Source: Promethearchaeota archaeon
Lineage (GTDB): Archaea; Asgardarchaeota; Hermodarchaeia; Hermodarchaeales; Hermodarchaeaceae
NCBI GenBank assembly: GCA_048938295.1
Contig: JBHLMI010000002.1
Span: 90,001 to 122,000, forward strand
DNA length: 32,000 bases
Direction of reading: 5' to 3'
Of the stretch, positions 8,938-15,284 are shown one piece after another; the stretch's first letter is position 1, and each line of letters starts with the position of its first letter. The position numbers were made by a program, and so were the translations under genes. A model generated the notes under the pieces. It did not search any database, was not told where the DNA came from, and worked only from the letters and a program-made list of their open reading frames with translations.

Positions 8938-9162
8938 ATGGAGCTTACAAATGCTGATTTCATCCAGGTTGCTATGGAAAACGAATTACCGATTATCCAT
9001 GTTTTAGGAACCAGAAGGCGAGGAGCGGTTTACATAGCACCTAGTTCGGGAATTGTATTTTTTACGCATGCAAGTGAGCCGCTATTCGATCTAAATGTGG
9101 ACTATATTGTTACGCGAAACAAATTCAGTATGCACGTTTGTCCTTATATTCCTAAGCTGTGA
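8938..9162 (+). CDS. Small hypothetical protein (74 aa)
   Basis: ATG 8938 has GGGGTG 7 nt upstream. The sequence MELTNADFIQVAMENELPIIHVLG...VYIAPSSGIVFFTHASEPL looks globular. No family recognised; the track starts at TTG 8869. Confidence 0.55.
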   Translation: MELTNADFIQVAMENELPIIHVLGTRRRGAVYIAPSSGIVFFTHASEPLFDLNVDYIVTRNKFSMHVCPYIPKL

Positions 9163-9176
9163 AAAGAAACATTGTC

Positions 9177-9350
9177 CTAAATCAGTACAATTGTTGCTTT
9201 CAACGTTGAAGAGACAGGACTATGCTGGGCAAAATAGTCCTTTAGAGCCAGTCCCTTCTGGGTTACCAAGGGGTTCAGTTGATTTTTATCTATTCTCATG
9301 GTGATACTTGAGGGTTCTAATAAGAGAGGATGTATAGTTTCTAACCACAT
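9177..9350 (-). CDS. Possible 57-aa hypothetical protein (below the ORF-track cut-off)
   Basis: My translation: MWLETIHPLLLEPSSITMRIDKNQLNPLVTQKGLALKDYFAQHSPVSSTLKATIVLI*. It starts 11 nt after the stop of 9362..9628, has TGAGGA just upstream and fills the gap. Confidence 0.3.
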   Translation of the reverse strand: MWLETIHPLLLEPSSITMRIDKNQLNPLVTQKGLALKDYFAQHSPVSSTLKATIVLI

Positions 9351-9361
9351 GTTCCTCAGGG

Positions 9362-9628
9362 CTAGTGAGAAGGACTGCCTTTTGATTGATGAACTTTTGA
9401 ACGTGGAAAAGGACAGGGCTGCATCGACGCCTGGACACCCTTGACGGCTTCTTTAATTAGAAAATTCCATGTTAAGGGTCCAAGATCAAGAAGAGCGTTA
9501 AAAAAAGTGTCCCAGGTTTGTTGGCCCATCCCAAGGCTCTTCTCATAGGCGATTTTCATGGCTACAAACTTGTCCTTGGTGTCGATGGTCATTCCGATAG
9601 CAGTCCATTTGTCCTTCGATTCGGGCAT
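9362..9628 (-). CDS. Small putative DNA-binding protein (ribbon-helix-helix/antitoxin-like), 88 aa
   Basis: GGAGG 7 nt before ATG 9628. KWTAIGMTIDTKDKFVAMK...QQTWDTFFNALLD follows the strand-helix-helix pattern of archaeal T.I.vS.et.e.L..lK....sfdevi..Ll proteins. Confidence 0.55.
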   Translation of the reverse strand: MPESKDKWTAIGMTIDTKDKFVAMKIAYEKSLGMGQQTWDTFFNALLDLGPLTWNFLIKEAVKGVQASMQPCPFPRSKVHQSKGSPSH

Positions 9629-9757
9629 AAGGGTGCCTCCAGGATTCGCTGGTGTATTGATGACAATACCGACTTGCATTTTTGAACTTGTCGGCTCTCA
9701 AAGGAGGCAAGAAATAAGCATTAGCTGTTCCTTTATGACGGTTTCTCTAGTCGTAGT

Positions 9758-9773
9758 AAACCATTAATGGATT
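9758..9773. promoter_or_regulatory. Palindrome AAACCATTAATGGATT (perfect 10-bp core), candidate operator
   Basis: CCATTAATGG at 9761-9770 is perfectly self-complementary and lies in the divergent intergenic region between the RHH-like gene and the nuclease-like gene. Confidence 0.35.
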
Positions 9774-9809
9774 CGGGCTAAGAAAAAGAAGTAGTTTAGG
9801 TGTTTTTCG

Positions 9810-10361
9810 ATGCAAATAAAGGCGCTCATTGCAGGGCTCACGGAATTGGTCGCAGAACTTGGTGTCGATGGATGGCAGGAGTTTCGGACACCTGATCAAA
9901 CCCGCATTGATTATGCCATTACCAAAGGTTCTCAGCGGTTGCTTGCCGTGGAATTTGAGCAGTCTCGTAAATGGCTGTTTGCTCGGGTCTTGTATAACGC
10001 GGTGAAGGCTCAGCGTGCAGAGTTTCCAGCCATCCTGTTTGTTTATCCGTTCTATGATCTACCTCGTGCAGGGCGTTCATGGGTTCCAAATTATGTAGAA
10101 GACAACTTAGGGCTCAGACTAGCTTTGTGTCATCCCCGCGATTGTCTTGTGAGTACCCGTACACTAATCTATGAGCAGTTGGATTTTCCGGTTCCAACTG
10201 AAATTACTGAGACGAATTATGTCATATCTTCGAATACACTGCCAGAATCACTGAAGGTGGGTGCAAAGGCCTGGAAGATTGTGAAACCTCGTTCAGTCTC
10301 TAAGAAACCTCAAAAACGACGAGTATCGAAATCATCAACAAAAAGAAAAAAAAGTAGCTAA
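9810..10361 (+). CDS. Putative PD-(D/E)XK restriction-endonuclease-fold protein with a Lys/Arg-rich C-terminal tail
   Basis: E24...RID (9903-9911)...LAVEFE (E at 9951 and 9957) matches the catalytic core spacing of the fold. The last 28 aa contain 13 K/R and no D/E. Confidence 0.55.
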   Translation: MQIKALIAGLTELVAELGVDGWQEFRTPDQTRIDYAITKGSQRLLAVEFEQSRKWLFARVLYNAVKAQRAEFPAILFVYPFYDLPRAGRSWVPNYVEDNLGLRLALCHPRDCLVSTRTLIYEQLDFPVPTEITETNYVISSNTLPESLKVGAKAWKIVKPRSVSKKPQKRRVSKSSTKRKKSS

Positions 10362-10444
10362 CCAAATGAAATTTAATTATTGAGGCATGAAGCCATTAGT
10401 CTAATATTACACAGTTTCGATTTCGTTTAAGCAGGGGAACAGAA

Positions 10445-11443
10445 ATGACCGAGAAAATTGATCAGGTGATATCTGATAGACTTGAAGTTCTCTCACGGAC
10501 GACCTTCCCTGTAAACTACGTTTTTTCCAAGACCTTTGAATATGCCGTTAAACATCGAGAATGTGCTTTGACAATTGTTACAAAGTCAGGTGCACAAGTA
10601 AATTTCACCGAACCAGTTAAAGTGCATCCAAAATTACTGAATCGAGAAGGAGCATTTGCATACCGAAAACGCTTATACTATGTGAAAGAACTGAAAATCC
10701 TTGATAGTTTTTTGGTTCTCACCCAAGATCAACTTAACCTACCTGAAAAGCAAGAACCGAAAGAAAACATTGGACCCTTTATAAAGGCGGTGACTCCATA
10801 TGTTAAAGCCGTGGACGAAATCATTCGCCGACGATTCGGTACGATTGTGATCCACATTTCCACTCAAGACAAGCCAATGGTCTTACATCGTCAAACGGTA
10901 AAGGGAAAACAAATTCTTACTGTCAATGAGCTTTTTGCAGAGACCAAAATTCCGCTCGAACTCAGACTTGCGATTAGGGAAACGCTATTTAGAAGTAAAC
11001 CTGGTCCTACAATCCAAGTAAAAGGTCAGAAAGAAACTGAAGAAACAACAGTGCGACCTTCTTTCTTGACATTGGAGGATGGACGAGTTATCCTTCATTC
11101 CCCCAGCGGTATTCAAGCTCAGGAATTTATTGAGCTGGGAAAGATCCCTTATCGTTTTGAAAGTGAGAAAGGTCCTGTCCCAGTCCGGGCGATTATTACT
11201 AGTTTTCTTCAATTTAAAAACGCGTCCATTGCGCAATTGCTTGAGGAATATAGCGATTTAGCATTTCTTCCCTTTTTCTTCAATCTTTACTTAGAACAGG
11301 GCGGCCCTCCAATTCGGAATGTTGCTCTCTTTGATGGAAAACTGATAATTGGTCGAACGCCAGTATCAAATGTTAATGAAGGAGAGTTTGAGATATTCTT
11401 GGCAAAATCTGGAATCGACAAACATCTTTTAAAAAGTAAATAA
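10445..11443 (+). CDS. Hypothetical protein (332 aa), no recognised family
   Basis: Long ORF with normal amino-acid composition and an AGGGGA RBS-like sequence upstream. No motif or transmembrane segment recognised. Confidence 0.75.
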   Translation: MTEKIDQVISDRLEVLSRTTFPVNYVFSKTFEYAVKHRECALTIVTKSGAQVNFTEPVKVHPKLLNREGAFAYRKRLYYVKELKILDSFLVLTQDQLNLPEKQEPKENIGPFIKAVTPYVKAVDEIIRRRFGTIVIHISTQDKPMVLHRQTVKGKQILTVNELFAETKIPLELRLAIRETLFRSKPGPTIQVKGQKETEETTVRPSFLTLEDGRVILHSPSGIQAQEFIELGKIPYRFESEKGPVPVRAIITSFLQFKNASIAQLLEEYSDLAFLPFFFNLYLEQGGPPIRNVALFDGKLIIGRTPVSNVNEGEFEIFLAKSGIDKHLLKSK

Positions 11444-11469
11444 TAACTAGCAAACTAAGAGGATTGAAG

Positions 11470-12084
11470 TTATAGATTCTTCTTGATTGCATCGACACCC
11501 AGATTAAATGCAGTGAGATTGACACTCTTAAGTCGTCGCATTTTCGTGATTTCTTGTTCAAGTACATCGACTTCTACAGGAGCAAGGTTAGCTCCTGCTA
11601 GTGCCCCGACCATAACCGTATTCATCGCCAGAGGATCTCCAGCTTGTTGAGCAAGATCCACCGCATCAAGAGTGTACAATTGAGAGCACAACGTTCGAAG
11701 TCGGTTTTCAACTTCACTGATTAGCGGATATTCAAGCTGACCTGTGAGCACTTCAATTGGATATACGGGGTGCATGTTCACAATTGCATTACTTGAAGGC
11801 TTTAGGAATTGGGCTCCTACACGGAGTGCTTCAATGGGTTCAAAACCAAGAAGCAAATGGGCTGAACGTTGTGGAATAAGAGGCCCCACATCGTGCTTGC
11901 TAATGCGAATATGTGACATGACTGACCCGCCGCGTTGAGCAGCTCCGTAGGTTTCTCCGATTGCGACAAAGTAGCCCTTAGCGATTGCTGCATTAGCGAT
12001 TAACCGCGATGATAGAACGTTTCCCTGACCACCTACACCAGCAATCACGATGTTGAAAGGATCGTCGTATTTCATGCTTCTCAT
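11470..12084 (-). CDS. iorB: Indolepyruvate (aryl-pyruvate):ferredoxin oxidoreductase, beta subunit
   Basis: NIVIAGVGGQGNVL, ETYGAAQRGGSVMSHIRI, LLGFEPIEALR, NTVMVGAL. ATGA overlap with the iorA stop. Confidence 0.93.
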   Translation of the reverse strand: MRSMKYDDPFNIVIAGVGGQGNVLSSRLIANAAIAKGYFVAIGETYGAAQRGGSVMSHIRISKHDVGPLIPQRSAHLLLGFEPIEALRVGAQFLKPSSNAIVNMHPVYPIEVLTGQLEYPLISEVENRLRTLCSQLYTLDAVDLAQQAGDPLAMNTVMVGALAGANLAPVEVDVLEQEITKMRRLKSVNLTAFNLGVDAIKKNL

Positions 12085-13991
12085 TCCTCAATAATATGGA
12101 TTGCTTGATGGGGACATACATCCACACATACACCACAACCATTACACAAAGTGGTCTCGATTCGAGCTTTATCAGATTCGTTATCCCAGACACACGCTGG
12201 ACAGTTGAATTCAACAGAGCAAATCTTACATTTTTCTCCAAAGCATTTGTCTTTCTCAACCATAAACCTAGGGGTGGGTTCTTGTCGTTGTCTCCTTTGG
12301 CGATTGGATATTAATGCACATTCTCGTCGAAAGACGATAGCTTGGCTTTCCTCGGAGTTCAAGGCCTTATAGACGGTATCGATTGATTCCTTGAGATTAA
12401 AGGGATCAACCACCATCACCGAGTGAAAGCCAATACCCTGAAGGACTCGTTCTATGGGAACAGTAGAAGCTACATCCCCTGTGGCACTAAATCCTGTTCC
12501 AGGATGTGGTTGAAATCCTGTCATTGCGGTTGCGTTGTTATCCAACACACAGACAATAGCCTTTGATTGATTGTAAACAATGTTCACTAAGGCAGGAAGG
12601 CAAGCATGGTAGAATGTCGAATCACCAACTACTGCAATTACTGGGTCCTTGAGCCCAAATTGCTCTAGCTTGCCTAGCCCACTAGCAATCCCAACTCCAG
12701 CACCCATTGAATGTTGGTTCCGCATCACACCATGATAGAATACACCTAGCGAGTAGCATCCAATATCTCCCGTGACAATCCCTTTACCTTTATTTCGTTT
12801 GATAGCTCGGTAAATGCTATAATAAGCAGATCGATGAGGACATCCTGAGCAGAAAGTGAGAAGGCGCCGTGGAACAATATTTGCAGCATCCTTCGCCATA
12901 TTGAGATACTCTTCCTGAGCGGAAGAGTAGTTGAGTTTTTTGATAGCTGCAATCGACTTGATTGCTTGGTTGATATCAACTTCTCCATAGTTTGGAACGT
13001 GTCCGGTTAATTTTCCAAAGAATTGATGAGTATAAGCGGATGGCAGTTCCACTGCAAGGCTCCGGATTTGTGTTTCTAGATAGGGATCGACTTCTTCAAA
13101 GAAGAGCACTTCAGAGGTTTTCTTCAACCGATCAAGAATCATTGCCTTGGGTAACGGTGAAATGGTACCAATCCGAAGAATGCCAACATCTTTCAATTGG
13201 AGAATATCAACAGCTTCTCGAACGTATTTCCAAGCGATACCAGATGTGATAATTAATAAGGAGGGGTTAGCGGGTCCATCATACAGATTCAATGCAGACT
13301 TTTCAAATTCCTCGACCCGAACTTTGTCTAACCGAGTATGCAAATCACCATGCCGCAAATGAGGACGAGGAAGATTATGTAAGGGAAGCTTATAATCGAA
13401 CGTAGCAGTTCTCTGAGTGCGAGACACTGTACCAAGTTTGAAAGGAGCACGACTGTGAGCTAATCGAGTTGTTTCTCTCACCATGACGATGACGCCATAC
13501 TTTTCAGATAAATCAAAGGCATAAGGAATGATCTCCTTCGCTTCTTGATGGGTAGAGGGCTCGAGCACAACAATATCGGAATAAAATCCAAGAGGGCGTG
13601 CATCGCCCTCAGTGGTGGAGCTGTGGGCAAACGGATCATCAGCGACGATCAGGACCAATCCGCCAGGTCCATGACCAGTATAGGCAATATTAATGAGCGA
13701 ATCGAGGATAACAAAAAGTCCATTGAGTTTCATGGATGCCAAGGCCCGTAGACCAGTCCAAGCCGCTGCGGTTGCCGCTTCAAACGCGACTTTTTCATTG
13801 ACACTCCATTCAACATAGATTCCAGCATCTTTAGAAATTGTGGCTAAATTTCCTAAAATCTCTGAGGATGGTGTACCAGGATATGCCGCTGCAAAATGGA
13901 CTCCTGCCTCGAGGGCTCCACGGGCAATGGCATCATTGCCTAAGCCGATAACCGTGGTACCAGCTTTTCCGGTCATTGGGGAATTACTCAT
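12081..13991 (-). CDS. iorA: Indolepyruvate (aryl-pyruvate):ferredoxin oxidoreductase, alpha subunit
   Basis: GNDAIARG, YPGTPSSEI, EWSVNEKVAFE, DDP..HSS..E.D.R, FCSGCPHR, GDIGCYSLG, TPP motif GDSTFYH...LDNNATAMTG, C-terminal CKIC...CPA and CNGCGVCVDVCP ferredoxin domain. Confidence 0.95.
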   Translation of the reverse strand: MSNSPMTGKAGTTVIGLGNDAIARGALEAGVHFAAAYPGTPSSEILGNLATISKDAGIYVEWSVNEKVAFEAATAAAWTGLRALASMKLNGLFVILDSLINIAYTGHGPGGLVLIVADDPFAHSSTTEGDARPLGFYSDIVVLEPSTHQEAKEIIPYAFDLSEKYGVIVMVRETTRLAHSRAPFKLGTVSRTQRTATFDYKLPLHNLPRPHLRHGDLHTRLDKVRVEEFEKSALNLYDGPANPSLLIITSGIAWKYVREAVDILQLKDVGILRIGTISPLPKAMILDRLKKTSEVLFFEEVDPYLETQIRSLAVELPSAYTHQFFGKLTGHVPNYGEVDINQAIKSIAAIKKLNYSSAQEEYLNMAKDAANIVPRRLLTFCSGCPHRSAYYSIYRAIKRNKGKGIVTGDIGCYSLGVFYHGVMRNQHSMGAGVGIASGLGKLEQFGLKDPVIAVVGDSTFYHACLPALVNIVYNQSKAIVCVLDNNATAMTGFQPHPGTGFSATGDVASTVPIERVLQGIGFHSVMVVDPFNLKESIDTVYKALNSEESQAIVFRRECALISNRQRRQRQEPTPRFMVEKDKCFGEKCKICSVEFNCPACVWDNESDKARIETTLCNGCGVCVDVCPHQAIHIIEE

Positions 13992-14141
13992 TGCTTTCTA
14001 CATCCGCCGAATGGGCTTAAGTATAATGGAGTAACTACGTCAGAGACCTGTGAAAATAAAACCTTTTAGACAAGGCCAACATCCTAAGAAAAATTCAAAA
14101 CCGCCATCATTACACAACTGATTAACCGTGGATGATCTTAG

Positions 14142-15014
14142 ATGAGCCCCAAGGATGTGGAAAAAATTAAAGTGGTTGATTTTCATTTGCATGTAGGAAA
14201 ACGGGAACATTGGAACCCAGCGATTCATGCACTTTTCAAACAACTAAATCCTGGACTTTATGAAATTCAAGATCAGGTTATGACACCCGAGAATATTGTT
14301 GGTATGCTCGATGATTGTGGGGTAGATTGGGCAGTTATTCTCGCGGAGATTTCGCCAGAAGTAACTGGTGTTGTAACCAACGAATTCGTTGCTGAGTTTT
14401 GTGAAAATCACTTAGATCGCCTTATACCATTCTGTTCGGTTGACCCTACTGAAGATTCCGATCCCGCTAAGACTCTTGAACATGCAATTGGAACTCTTGG
14501 GATGCGTGGTATGAAGCTCTATCCAACGTATCAGCACTTTTATCCGAATGCATATGCAACCTCCAACGAATGGGAAAAATTAAGGAAGCTATACGAAGCT
14601 GCGGAGACACTTGATGTTCCTGTTATGTTCCATACGGGAACCAGTATTTTCCCCAATGCCCGGTTAAAATATGGAAACCCGATGTTCTTAGATGATGTCG
14701 CAACCGACTTTCCAAAAATGCCAGTGATCATTGTTCATGGCGGGAGAGGTCCGTGGTTTGAAATGGCTTTTTACGTGACACGGCTTCATCCGAATACCTA
14801 CCTTGAGGTTTCTGGGTTGCCTCCGAAGAATCTACTCCGATATTTTCCGCAACTTGAAGTAATTGCTAATAAGGTGCTTTTTGGCAGTGATTGGCCAGGA
14901 GTTCCTAGCATTGCTGAAAACATCGAGGCAATTCGAAATCTTGACATCAGTGAAAAAGCAAAGAGACACATACTTGGTGAGAACGCCATCAAATTACTCA
15001 AACTGAACTCCTAA
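14142..15014 (+). CDS. Amidohydrolase family 2 metal-dependent enzyme (possibly a BzdT/BamU-like accessory protein)
   Basis: VDFHLH, GMKLYP, VMFHTG, IIVHGG, LFGSDWP. It sits next to the bzd operon. Confidence 0.88.
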   Translation: MSPKDVEKIKVVDFHLHVGKREHWNPAIHALFKQLNPGLYEIQDQVMTPENIVGMLDDCGVDWAVILAEISPEVTGVVTNEFVAEFCENHLDRLIPFCSVDPTEDSDPAKTLEHAIGTLGMRGMKLYPTYQHFYPNAYATSNEWEKLRKLYEAAETLDVPVMFHTGTSIFPNARLKYGNPMFLDDVATDFPKMPVIIVHGGRGPWFEMAFYVTRLHPNTYLEVSGLPPKNLLRYFPQLEVIANKVLFGSDWPGVPSIAENIEAIRNLDISEKAKRHILGENAIKLLKLNS

Positions 15015-15030
15015 ACACAGGATTCTCCCT

Positions 15031-15249
15031 TCATTTAGGTCTTGTAAAGATGGTGACAAGAGTACAGTCATCAGCTTCGATACACTTATCACAGGTTCGA
15101 TCAGTCTCAACTTCAGCTGTTGGTAAGATCAGCACTTCAAACCCTAATTCTTCATAATTGGCTTTGTATTCAGCAGCACGATGTTTTTCGACACTGAATC
15201 GTTTCTCCCAGCCCTGTTTTTCTAACTCTTTTTCTGTCGGATTATCCAT
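15031..15249 (-). CDS. Small hypothetical protein with CxxC; last gene of the bzd operon
   Basis: ELEKQGWEKRF...YEELGFEV...CDKC...TIFTRP. GGGTG RBS before ATG 15249; alternative ATG 15279 is 5 nt after the BzdV stop. Confidence 0.7.
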   Translation of the reverse strand: MDNPTEKELEKQGWEKRFSVEKHRAAEYKANYEELGFEVLILPTAEVETDRTCDKCIEADDCTLVTIFTRPK

Positions 15250-15284
15250 CGAAAACACCCGAAATAATTGAGAGACCATTTCGT

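Noticed and set aside
9095-9304. Track ORFs 9095..9304 and 9558..9767, and other 60-160-aa ORFs overlapping long genes (e.g. 18840..19337, 19454..19888, 30818..31150, 31147..31629)
   Set aside because: They are antisense or alternate-frame shadows with Ser/Pro-rich composition and no motifs or RBS.
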